NCBI GenBank assembly: GCA_963709585.1 | Contig: CAVPXI010000014.1 | Coordinates: forward strand, 84,320 to 148,319 | DNA from: Candidatus Dormiibacterota bacterium | GTDB taxonomy: Bacteria; Chloroflexota; Dormibacteria; Aeolococcales; Aeolococcaceae | Length of the DNA stretch: 64,000 nt | Direction of reading: 5' to 3' | In this document: positions 30,351-40,941 of the stretch, in pieces | Layout of the letters: each line of letters opens with the position of its first letter | Position numbering within the stretch: the stretch's first letter is position 1 | The notes under the pieces: model-generated | Database searches by the model: none | What the model saw: the letters and a program-made list of their open reading frames with translations, nothing else | Told to the model about the DNA's origin: nothing | Position numbers and translations under genes: made by a program

Positions 30351-32663
30351 GTGATCCTCCGTCGCCGCCGTCCGATGGCAACATTCTTCACCGTCCTCGG
30401 ACTCGCCGTCAGCGTTGCGGCGGTCGGCCTGGTCGGATCGACCGTTCCCGCGTTCGCCACGACCACCCATCCCGGGCCTCTGAATCTTGATCCTTATCTG
30501 ACGATTCAGGACAAGAACCTCGACTGTGAAGCCGCCGCGCTTGCAGCCGCATTCATCGCACGAGACATATCAGTCGATACCGGAGTGGCGAATCTCCAGA
30601 ACTGGATCTTCGATCAACTTCCCGACGATCGCCGAAACGCCATCAGCAGCGGAGGTCACATCACCTGGGGCGACCCGTACACCGACTTTGTCGGCAACGT
30701 CAATGGTGTTGAAGGCTTCGGACCCGGCGACGGGTATGGCGTCTACTACCAGCCTATTGCCAATGTTGTCACCAAGGTCGGCCATACGGTGACCGCATCA
30801 ACGGGATGGACCACCTCGTCCATCGAAGCGGAGATCGAGTTGGGGAATCCAGTCGTCGTCTGGATCGATTTTCGCAGCCTCTTCAGTCATGCAGGCTATG
30901 CAACCAGCACGTGGACGGCGTTTGACGGACGCAAGATCCCATACACCCTCCACGAACATGCGGTCACCGTGCTCGGCACGTATCCGGGACATTCGGTGAC
31001 GCTCCTCGATGTCTACTCGGGCAAGCAGTACACCTACTCGGAGTTGCAATTCACCTCGATGCTCTCGACGTTCGGCGGGATGGGCGTCGCCGTCGGCCCC
31101 CCCGTGGTGGTCCCGCCGCCATATCCGGTGGTGGCGTCGCTGGCGCCGGCTGCGGGACCGGTGACCGGAGGCCAGGCGGTGACTGTCAGCGGCACCGGGT
31201 TCGCCGCCGGGATGACCGTCACCCTGGACGGCACAGCAGTCACCGCGACCGGCATCACGAGCACCTCATTCGATCTCAGGACGCCCGCTCACGCGGCCGG
31301 GTACGCCCAGCTGAAGGTCACGACGTCAAAGGGATCGAATCCGCTCACCGCCAATGCGGGATATGTCTTTACGGCACTGGCGAACTATGTCGCGCTCACG
31401 CCGTTTCGCATTCTCGACACCCGCGCACGGACGTGCGTGCAATGTGGCCCCGGCGGACTCGCCGCGAATCAGACCAGGACCGTGCAGATCACCGGCGTGA
31501 CCGGGCCGAGCGGTGGCGCCGATCAAATTCCCGCCACGGCCACGGCGATCGTCATGAACGTGACCGCGGTGGCCAGCACCACCGGCGGCTTGTTGACCAT
31601 CTACCCCACCGGTACCGCGCTTCCTCGAGCATCGAACTTGAATTTCGGTGCAGGCACCGCAACGCCAAACCTGGTCACCGTGACCCTGGGGCAAACCAGC
31701 GTCTCCGCTGTCGAGCGTGACGTCAACATCTACAACCCGATCGGATCTCTCAATGTGGTCGCTGATGTCGAAGGGTACTTTCTTCCGGCTGCAAGCAGCG
31801 ACCCCACCGGCGAGTTCCACTCCATCTCTCCGCTGCGCGTCTGTGATACCAGACCGACGCAAGCCGCCAACGCGTGCAACCAGCATGCAGGCACCGACCA
31901 TCGCTTGGGGCCGAACTCGGTCGCCAAGATCAACGTCTCCGGCGTTCCGAGCGGGGTCGCCGGCACGCCGTCGAGCATCCCGAGTGACGGGACAGCCCAG
32001 GCCGCCGTCTTCAACCTCACTGCGATCGGTGGCACCGTGCCGACATACCTCAGCGTGTTCCCCTCACTCGCCGACGGTTCGTGTCGGGCCTCATCAAGCA
32101 CCTCGACCCTCAACGTCGCTGGGGGTGCGACGCGGGCGAATCGTGTCATGGTGAGTTTGGGGCCCGATGCAACTGGCGGCCCTGCAACCGATGTCTGCGT
32201 CTACAATGCGGTCGGTTCCATCGACTTCGTCCTCGATGCGAACGGTTGGTTCGGATCGAGCCTGCCCTCGACGCCCCTCGGCGCTCAGTTCCAGGCGATC
32301 GGTCCAACGCGGGTCTGTGACACGCGAGCCGGCTCCGGTACACCGTGCTCGGGCCACGCTCTTGGCACAGGTGGAACCCTCCCCATCGGCGTGGCCGGTG
32401 TCGCGGGCATTCCCAAGCACGGTCCGGTCGCAGTGATTGCCAATCTCACGGCGGTGTCCCCTTCCACCACCACGTACCTCATCGCTTATCCGGCGGACGT
32501 CACTCCTCGTCCCAACGCGTCTGACCTCAACATCGTGGGCCCGGTGCTTCCGAACCTCGTGGTGGTCGGTCTCTCGCAACTCGCTCCAGCAGGGAGCATT
32601 CGTCTGTTCAACGCCAGCGGGAACGTGAACGCTGTGCTGGACGTCGAGGGCTGGTTCCAGTAG
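30351..32663 (+). CDS. secreted peptidase-C39-like / IPT-TIG / triple-repeat protein
   Basis: Signal peptide. C39_2-like domain (NLDCEAAALAAAF ... LHEHAVTVLG). IPT/TIG-like domain (GPVTGGQAVTVSGTGFAAGMTVTLDG). Three modules of about 130 aa, each beginning (I/V)(L/C)DTR and ending D(V/A)(E/N)G(Y/W)F. Confidence 0.75.
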   Translation: MILRRRRPMATFFTVLGLAVSVAAVGLVGSTVPAFATTTHPGPLNLDPYLTIQDKNLDCEAAALAAAFIARDISVDTGVANLQNWIFDQLPDDRRNAISSGGHITWGDPYTDFVGNVNGVEGFGPGDGYGVYYQPIANVVTKVGHTVTASTGWTTSSIEAEIELGNPVVVWIDFRSLFSHAGYATSTWTAFDGRKIPYTLHEHAVTVLGTYPGHSVTLLDVYSGKQYTYSELQFTSMLSTFGGMGVAVGPPVVVPPPYPVVASLAPAAGPVTGGQAVTVSGTGFAAGMTVTLDGTAVTATGITSTSFDLRTPAHAAGYAQLKVTTSKGSNPLTANAGYVFTALANYVALTPFRILDTRARTCVQCGPGGLAANQTRTVQITGVTGPSGGADQIPATATAIVMNVTAVASTTGGLLTIYPTGTALPRASNLNFGAGTATPNLVTVTLGQTSVSAVERDVNIYNPIGSLNVVADVEGYFLPAASSDPTGEFHSISPLRVCDTRPTQAANACNQHAGTDHRLGPNSVAKINVSGVPSGVAGTPSSIPSDGTAQAAVFNLTAIGGTVPTYLSVFPSLADGSCRASSSTSTLNVAGGATRANRVMVSLGPDATGGPATDVCVYNAVGSIDFVLDANGWFGSSLPSTPLGAQFQAIGPTRVCDTRAGSGTPCSGHALGTGGTLPIGVAGVAGIPKHGPVAVIANLTAVSPSTTTYLIAYPADVTPRPNASDLNIVGPVLPNLVVVGLSQLAPAGSIRLFNASGNVNAVLDVEGWFQ

Positions 32664-32723
32664 CCGAAGGGCTCGTGATCGGTACGCCGGTGCTAGGGTG
32701 GAAGTGCAAAGGAGGTAACCGCA

Positions 32724-33305
32724 ATGGCGAGACGATTCCTTGCTGGGGTCCTACTGGTCGCGGGAGGGGCCTCGATCACCGTCGGCGTTTCCCTGAACTG
32801 GGCAACGCTCCCAGGTTCCGGACAGGGTCTGAACGGCTTCACGATGGGCAGCACCAACATCGACGCGGTGGTGACCTACGCGGTGGGCGGTGTGCTCATG
32901 CTGTTCGGGCTGGTCATCGTGCTCAGGGGAGGCACCATCTCTCGCGCGCTGGGCTTCTTCGCGTCGATTCTCGCGATCGTCTGGGCGGCGGAGATCGGCT
33001 TCCTGCTGAGCAACTTCAAGCACGACATCGACCACCTGGTTCCGGCCGTGTCGCTGGCACGGGACCTGCAGGTCGGGTACTTCCTGATCGCCGGAGGAGC
33101 GCTCGTTGCGTTCCTCGGCGGACTGATCGGTGTCAGCATCCGGCGAAAGGTGAAGGCACCAGCGGTGCGACGCGAGCCGGCCCTACAGGTTGTCGGCGCG
33201 GCTGCAGTACCGCGTGCTGGAACTGCCCTCGGGGATCGATCGGCCGCGCCGACGGTCGATTCGCGCACACCCGCGGAGATGGGGATGGGCTCGCGTCGCC
33301 AGTGA
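32724..33305 (+). CDS. hypothetical four-TM membrane protein
   Basis: AAAGGAGG upstream of the ATG. Four hydrophobic helices and a basic, disordered C-terminus. Confidence 0.55.
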   Translation: MARRFLAGVLLVAGGASITVGVSLNWATLPGSGQGLNGFTMGSTNIDAVVTYAVGGVLMLFGLVIVLRGGTISRALGFFASILAIVWAAEIGFLLSNFKHDIDHLVPAVSLARDLQVGYFLIAGGALVAFLGGLIGVSIRRKVKAPAVRREPALQVVGAAAVPRAGTALGDRSAAPTVDSRTPAEMGMGSRRQ

Positions 33306-33361
33306 CCGTCCTCCGAGCGTCGGATACCGCACCGGTTCCGACGCTCTGGAGGTGGGCAGCC

Positions 33362-36300
33362 TTAGGTGATATGGACGGTGACGGCCGTCGATGTCGTCGA
33401 ATTGCCGGCATTGTCCGTGGCCACGGCGGTCAAGGAGTAGGTTCCCCTCACCAGCTTGGTGGTGTTCCAGGCGAAGGTATATGGGCTGGTCTTGACCGTG
33501 GCCAGTACTGTGGTCCCGTTGAGATAGAACGTCACAGTCGCAATACCCGAGGCCGCGCCCGTGCCGGTGCCCACATCGGACGCGCTGGCCGTGACCGTCA
33601 CCTTCGTGCCCAAGGCAAAGCTCGATCCCGATGCGGGCGATGTGACCGAAACCACCGGAGGTGCGGCGTCGATCTTGATTGACTGGGACTTGACGGCTCC
33701 CTTGTTCCCGGCCACGTCCACCGAGAAGAACTTGATCGTGGCTGTTGCCGACACGGTGAAGGGCCCGGTGTAGACCGGGCTCGAGGTCGTCGGCGTCGAG
33801 CCGTCATTGGTGTAGTAGGTGGCGGCAACACCCGAGCCACCGGTGTTGTCCGTGGCCACCAGGGCGACGGTCACCGGAGTTGTCTTGTACCAGCCTGTGG
33901 AGCACGTGGTGCTGTTGCAGGTGATGGTCGTCGTCGGTGCAACCGTGTCGATCTGGATGGCCTGGGACTTGACGGCCTCGGCATTGCCGGCGTTGTCCAC
34001 CGAGAAGAACTTGACGGTGGTCGTGGCCGACACGTTGAACGGCCCGCTGTAGACCGGGCTCGAGGTCGTCGGCGTTGAGCCGTTGGTGGTGTAGTAGGTG
34101 GCCTTGACACCGGAGCCACCCGAGTTGTCCGTGGCCGCCAGGGCGACGCGCACCGGAGTTGTCTTGTACCAGCCTGTGGAGCACGTGGTGCTGTTGCAGG
34201 TGATGGTCGTCGTCGGTGCGACCGTGTCGATCCCGATGGCCTGGGACTTGACGGCCTCGGCATTGCCGGCGTTGTCCACCGAGAAGAACTTCACGGTGGT
34301 CGTCGCCGACACGGTGAACGGCGCGCTGTAGACCGGGCTCGAGCTGGTTGGCGTCGAGCCATTGGTGGTGTAGTAGGTGGCCTTGACACCGGAGCCACCC
34401 GTGTTGTCCGTGGCCGCCAGGGCGACGGTCACCGGTGTGGTGTTGTACCAGGCCGTGCACGCGGCGCTGTTGCAGGTGATCGTGGTCGTCGGTGCGACCG
34501 TGTCGATCTCGATGGTCTGGGCCTTGACGGACTCGGCATTGCCCGGCCTTGTCCACCGAGAAGAACTTGACGGTGGTCGTGGCCGACACGTTGAACGGCC
34601 CGCTGTAGACCGGGCTCGAGGTCGTCGGCGTTGTGTTGTCAATCGTGTAATAGATGGCCGCGACACCCGACCCACCGGTATTGTCCGTTGCCGTCAGGGC
34701 GACGCTCACCGGCGTTTTGTTGTACCCGCCCGAGGAGCACGCCGTGCCGTTGCAGGTGATCGTCGTCGTCGGTGCGCTGGCATCGATCTCGATGGTCTGG
34801 GACTTGACTGCCTCGGCATTGCCGGCGTTGTCGACGGAGAAAAACTTGACGGTGGTCGTGGCCGACACCATGAAGGACGCGGTGTAGGCCGGACTCGAGG
34901 TCGTCGGCGTCGAGCCGTCAATCGTGTAGTAGGTGGCCGCGACACCCGAGCCGCCGGTGTTGTCCGTGGCCGTCAGGGCGACGGTCACCGGAGACGTGGT
35001 GTACCAGCTCGTCGAGCACGCCGCGCTGTTGCAGGCGATGGTCGTCGTCGGCGGGGTGGTGTCGGGAAGCTGGACCTGGATCGATTGGGTGTTGACGGTC
35101 TCGGCATTGCCGGCGTTGTCCACCGAGAAGAACTTCACGGTCGTGGTCGCCGACACGTTGAAGGGCGCGGCGTAGACGGTGCTCGAGGTGGTCGGAGTCG
35201 AGCCGTCGGTGGTGTAGTAGGTCGCGGCGACCCCGGAACCGCCGGTGTTGTCCGTGGCCGTCAAGCCGACGGTGACCGCGGAGGTGTACGCGCTCGTCGA
35301 GCACACCGTGCCGTTGCAGGCAATGGTGGTCGACGGCGCGACGGTGTCAATCTGGATCGTCTGCGAGTTGACCGCCTCGGCATTGCCGGCGTTGTCGACG
35401 GAGAAGAACTTGACGGTGGCCGTCGCCGAAACTGTGAAGGGCCCGGTGTAGACCGAGCTCGAGGTCGTCGGTGTCGAACCGTCAGTGGTGTAGTAGGTGG
35501 CGAAGACACCGGAGCCGCCGCTGTTGTCCGTGGCGGCCAAGGTGACCGTCACCGGCGAGGTCTTGTACCAACCCGTGGAGCACGTCGCGCTGTTGCAGGT
35601 GAGGCTGGTCGTCGGCGGGGTGGTGTCCACCGTGATCTGGATCGCCTGAGTTTTGACGGCCTCGGCGTTGCCGGCCAAGTCGATCGAATAGAACTTCACC
35701 GACTTGCTCTGAGACAACGTGAACGGCGCCGCGTAGGCGGTGGCCGTGCCGCTGGTCGTGGGGTCGCTCCCGTCGGTGGTGTAGTAGGTCGCACGGATTC
35801 CGGAGCCACCGGCATTGTCGATCGCGGACAGACCCACCTGCACGGGAAGCGCGTAGCTCGCCTGACAGGTCGTGCTGTTGCAGCTGACGCTGGTGGTCGG
35901 CGGGACCGTGTCGATCTGGATCGCCTGCGACTTGACCGCTTCCGTGTTGCCGACCTTGTCGGTGGAGAAGAACTTCACCGTGGCCGTACTCGAGACGGTG
36001 AACGGTGCGGTGTAGACAGCGCTCGCGGTGGTCGGTGTCGAACCGTCGGTCGTGTAGTAGGTCGCCGCGACCCCGGAGCCGCCGATGTTGTCGGTGGCTG
36101 TCAGCGCGACCTGCACCGCGGTGTTGTACCAGCCCGTGCCGCAGACGAGGCCGTTGCACGTGGCGGTGGTCGTCGGCGGCGTGATGTCCGGCCCGGGCGG
36201 CGCCGTGTGGCAGTTGCCGGTGCCCGAGTTCGTGAAGGTGCTCTCCCCGTTGTTGATGAAGTTCCAGCTGTAGCTGCCGTTGTGCAGGGTCATCTTGATG

Positions 36301-39300
36301 ATCCCGTGCGTCGTGGCGTTCAGCACCTGGCTGTTGGGGGCTGGGCTCGCCGGCGTGTCCAGGCCGTTACCCCCGGTCCCCACCACGAATTCCTGCACGC
36401 CATAGGTCGGGTCCAGGACCCCGCTCGCGTTCTGTGGAGCGAACCGCTCGTACCAGTGCGAACCGGCGCTGAGGACGACGTCGACGCCACCGGTGTAGAG
36501 GTCTTGCCAGATCTGCTGGTAGGTGCTGTCGCCTCCTCCGGCCGTGGAGCTGAACCGTGGGTCCTTGTAGTAGGCGAGGGTGCAGACGGAGGTGTCATGG
36601 GCCAGGTCGTTCTGAAGCCACAGGTCCTCAGCGCCTCCGGCCGCGCAGAAGGTGGCGTCTGTCTGGCACGGCGCGGTGTTCAGGGCGATCATGTGCCACG
36701 AGCCGAGGTTGTAGCTGTAGTAGCCCTTTGTAGGGTCACCGGCTGCGGCTCCGAAATACTGGTAGTAGCCTGCACCGGCTGTCGTCGGACAATCGGTGCC
36801 CCCGGTCGTGGGCAGCTCGTAGCCATAGTCGTTGTCGCCCGGGACCGGGTGTGTGATCGCCAGCTTCTGTCCCCAGCTCAAGGCGTAGGACTGCAAAAAG
36901 GCCTGGTATCCACCGCAGTTGTACTGGGTGTCGCCGATGGGCAGGACCGCATCGACGCCCGTGAGCAGCTTCTCCGTGGAGGCGGCAACGCAGTCGGGGC
37001 TTACGCCGAACCCGTTGTTGAAGGCAGGGGAGTTGGGATCGCACGCGATGTCACCCGCGGCTCCGATGATCGGGTCCGGGTTGGGCGTCACCTGGATCTG
37101 CTGCGTCTCTACCGCCTCGGTGTTGCCGGCGTTGTCAACCGAGAAGAACTCCACGGTGGTGTTTTGCGCGATCGTCCACGGGCCGGTGTACTGGGGGCTC
37201 GACGTGGTTGGGGTGGTGCCGTCGGTGGTGTAGTACGTTGCCTTCACCCCGGCGCCGCCGGCGTCCGTCGGCGACAGCGCGAGCGTCGTGGAGCCGTTGT
37301 AGGTGCTGGCCTGACACGGCGCGCCATCACAGGAGATTGTGGTGACCGGCGGGGTGGTGTCGGGTGGGAAGAGCAGCTGACGTATGGTCTCGGTCGTGGT
37401 CCCGACCGGAGCGCCGCCTGGCTGGCCGGCGTTCTGCAGCCAGGTGACGAAGGCGCTGATTGTGTCGAGCTCGACAGCCCCTCCGGTGGCCACGCAGGCG
37501 CTGTAGCCTGCCGGGTCGTAGGTCTGCGAGCAGATGTCATGGATCACCACGGGGACCCAGCCACCGCCGTTCTGGTAGGCGGCCGTCACCGAGTTCTCGA
37601 AGTACGAGAGAGGGATCTCGTTGGTGCCGTTGCCGTTGTAGATGGTACGGGTCGCCAGCATGTTCTTGGGCGGGATGGTCTCGGAGTAGAGCGGTCCGGC
37701 GCCGACACCGGCCACGTCGATGCCACCCGCGGCTCGAGCGGTCGTGTATCCGCACCCCTGCACGATCAACTCGGCATTGGCGTTATAGGCGCCGTAGCCA
37801 TACGCGAAGCCGACCGGGTCGAACCCGTGGGCGATGAGGTTCTCTCGATCGATGCAGGTGTTGTCGATCTTCTGCTGCTGGGTCGTCGCGGAGCTGGTGA
37901 GATCCATCTCCTGAAGACCGTGCCCGGCGATCTCGTCGCTGTGGTTGTAGAGAGTGGTCATCTCCGCGTAGGTCATCTCGTTGGGGTCCACGCCGACCTG
38001 GCCCGTGTTGACATAGAAGGTGGCGCGGACATTTCCGTCGGGCAGGAGCACATGTTCAAAAGCGAGGGAGTACCCGGCCTCATAGCCGTCGTCGAAGGTG
38101 ATCGTGACGATGGTCGCGAAGTTGATGGTCTGCGACTGCGGCTGCTCGGCATTGCCGGCAAGGTCGGTCGAGAAGTAGCGGATCGTCGCATTCTGCTGGG
38201 CGGTGAAGGGACCCGTGTAGACCGTGCTCGAGGTGGTGGGCGTTGACCCGTCGATGGTGTAGTAGGTGTTGGCCACGCCCCAGCCACCGTTCGGGTTGTC
38301 CGTCGCGGTGAGGGTGACGGTCACCGGCGCTGTGTAGGGAGTGGTGGCGCACGGCGCGCCGTTGCAGCTGATGCTGGTCACCGGTGGCGTGGAATCGGGC
38401 TGTTCCACGAGAGAGATGGACACCGAGCCGACCCCTGTGGCGTTGCCGGCGTAGTCCCAGGATTCGTAGGTGACCGTGGTCGAGGCGGTGAGTGGGAAGG
38501 TCCCGGTGTAGAGAGTGCCGCTGGTCGGCGATGGCGTGCTGCCGTCGGTGGTGTAGCGGGTGCTGGCCACCCCCGAGCCGACATCGGTCGGCTGCAGGGT
38601 CACGTAGACGGTGCCCTGATAGGTGGTCGACAGGCACGAGGCTCCGTTGCAGGAGACGCTGCTGACCGGCGGCACCGTGTCAACCGTGGTGGCGGTGGGA
38701 TGGATGGGCTCGAACACCGACCCGGCCGGGGCGCCGCCGCTCTGACCGGTGTTCTGCACCCAGGTGAGGAAGGTGTTGAGGTCACCGAGGTCGATCCAGC
38801 CCGCCACCGAGGTGCAGGTCGCGTAGTTGCTGGGGTCGAGGGTGGATGAGCAGACCCGCTGGATGACGATGGGGACCCAGCCTCCGCCGTGGGCGGCCGC
38901 CCCGGTCACCAACGCCTCCAGGTTGGCCAGGGTGACCTGCCCGGTGGGGGCGTAAGCGCGCAGCCCCAGCCAGTCCTTGGGCGGTAGGGTCTCCGCGTAG
39001 GTGGGTCCGGTGGGCGACAAGCTGCCGGCGGTGCGCGCATTGCCGTAGCCGCAGCTCTCGACCTCCTGCTCGAGACTGGCGTTGAAGAATCCTCCCGGGT
39101 AGGCGAAGGTGGTCGGGGTGATGCCGTGCTGGAGGATGGTCTGCCGGTCGTTGCAGATCTCGCCGATCTGCTGCGCGGCGCTCAGTGTGGTGAGATTCGT
39201 GTCGTCGACGGTCTTGCCGCCGATGTCGTTCCCGGCCGCAGCCAAGGCGCTCAGCTGCGCCCAGGAGAGGGTGGTCGCGCGGCCGATGGTGCCGCTGTTG

Positions 39301-40862
39301 ACGTAGAAGGTCGCGGTCACGCCATGGGGCTGCAGAGCCTGCTGCCAGCCCAGGGTGTACTGACTGTAGCCGCCATTGTCAAAGGTGAGCGACACCGCCG
39401 TCTTGTACGGCTGCACCTGGACCTGCTGCGACTCCACCTGCTCGGTGTTGCCCGCGAGGTCGGTTGAGAAGAATTGGACGTTCGTCGAGGCGTTCAGCGC
39501 GAACGGCCCGGAGTACACCGGGCTCGATGTGGTCGGCGTCGAGCCGTCGGTGGTGTAGTAGGTATGAGCTACCCCCCAGCCGCCGGCATTGTCGGTGGCG
39601 TTGAGGGTCACGCTGACGGTTCCAATGTATGGAGTCGACAAGCAGGGCGCGTTGTTGCAGGCGATGGTCGTCGTCGGTGGCGTGGTGTCGGGTGGCGGCT
39701 GGATCGAGAGTGCCTGCGTGTTCACCGCCTCGGCATTGCCAGCGTTGTCCCACGAGCTGTATTCGACGGTCGTCGAGGCGGTCAGCGGGAACGGGCCGGT
39801 GTACGCGGGGCTGGTCAGCGTGGGCGTGCTGCCGTCGGTGGTGTATCGGGTCGTGGCCACGCCGGAGCCGAGGTCGGTCGCCGCGAGCGCCACCGAGACG
39901 GTTCCGCTGTACGTGCTGGACTGACACGGCGCTCCGTTGCACGAAATCAACGTCGTCGGCGCCACCGTGTCGGCTGAGGTTGCCGCAGCCCCGATGGTCT
40001 TGAAGACCGTGCCTGCGGGTGCGCCACCCGTCTGCCCGGCATTCTGCACCCAGGTCAAGAAGGTGTTGAGGTCTGCGAGGTCGATCGCCCCGGCAGACGC
40101 CAGGCATGTGCTCTCGTTGGGGTCAGTGGGAGAGCAAACCTTCTGGATCACGATCGGTACCAAGCCCCCGGTGGTCGCCGCGCCGTTCACCAGGTTCTCG
40201 AGGTTGGTCAGGGTGACCTGCACGGAGGCGGACCACGCGCGCATCGCCAGCCAATTCTTAGGCGGCGTTGTCTCCGCGTAAGTCGGCCCAGTGGGAGAGA
40301 GGCTTCCTGATGTGCGGGCGTTGCCGTAACCGCAGTTCTGAACCTCACTCTCGATCGTGGTGTTGAAGGCACCGGCCGGGTAGGCGAAGGTAAACGGCAC
40401 GATGCCGTGCGACATGATGTTCAGGCGATCGCCGCAAATCTCGTTGATCTGCTGCGTGGAGGTGAGCGTGGTCAGGTTGGTGCCGTCGGTGGTCTTGCCG
40501 CCGATCTCATCGCCCGCGCCGGCGAGCGTGCCCAGCTGCGTCCACGAGATTTTAGTGGTGCTTGTTCCGGTCGCGACTGTCCCGCTGTTCACGTAAAAGG
40601 TCGCGGGAACGGCGTGCGGCTGCAGGGCCTGCTGGTAGCCGAGCGTGAACTCGCTGGCTGTGTTGTTGTCGAAGTTGAGCGAGACGATCGTCGAGGTAGC
40701 CGCACGTGCGCTGAGGACGCCCGGCCCGAACATCACGGGCGCCACCGCCACCATCGCGATCGCGAGGGCGAGGCAGACACCCGGGCGCCTCATCGAGCGG
40801 AGGTGCCCCGATTCCGTTGCGTCGTATCGCCGTTGAGTTTTTCCGCCTTCCACCTTGCTCAC
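33362..40862 (-). pseudogene. giant (about 2,500 aa) secreted multidomain protein: 3 CE4/NodB-like domains, a purple-acid-phosphatase-like metallophosphoesterase, 14 tandem 93-aa modules and a terminal Ig-like domain; one apparent frameshift
   Basis: ORF 33804..40862 is coherent until ...VKFFSVDKAG and then degenerates. ORF 33362..34675 continues in another frame (NAESVKAQTIEIDTVAPTTT...). At 34541-34550 the sequence reads gcccggcctt where sister repeats read gccggcgtt. Approximate layout: signal peptide MRRPGVCLALAIAMVAV (ATG 40793; the ORF could also start at GTG 40862); CE4-like domains at about 39960-40690, 38700-39400 and 37390-38110; phosphoesterase at about 36330-37080 (GDIACD, GDTQYN, AGSHWYER); repeats at 33669-36198 and between the enzyme domains. 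Confidence 0.85.
33669..36198 (-). repeat. nine head-to-tail coding repeats of about 279 bp (93 aa) inside the giant gene
   Basis: Antisense shadow ORFs recur at 33819, 34098 and 34377 (279-bp spacing, peptides mostly identical) and again at 34654 and 34933. Protein consensus: TVAPTTTITCN..C....Y...V.V.L.ATDN.GGSGV.ATYYT.DGSTPTTSS.VY.GPF.VSATTTVKFFSVDNAGNAEAVKSQ.I.ID. Confidence 0.9.
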
Positions 40863-40941
40863 CCCTTCTTGTCAACCCGGTGCACCGCTGCCTTCAGCAA
40901 TGCTGTTATTCGGTCTATCGGCGTCATCGCATGTGTATTGC

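Noticed and set aside
34377-38246. A 1,289-aa plus-strand ORF, with many other long Arg/Gly/Asp-rich ORFs, antisense to the giant gene
   Set aside because: The composition is low-complexity (runs of R, G, D, V) and typical of shadow frames in high-GC DNA. The opposite strand encodes a coherent, domain-rich protein.
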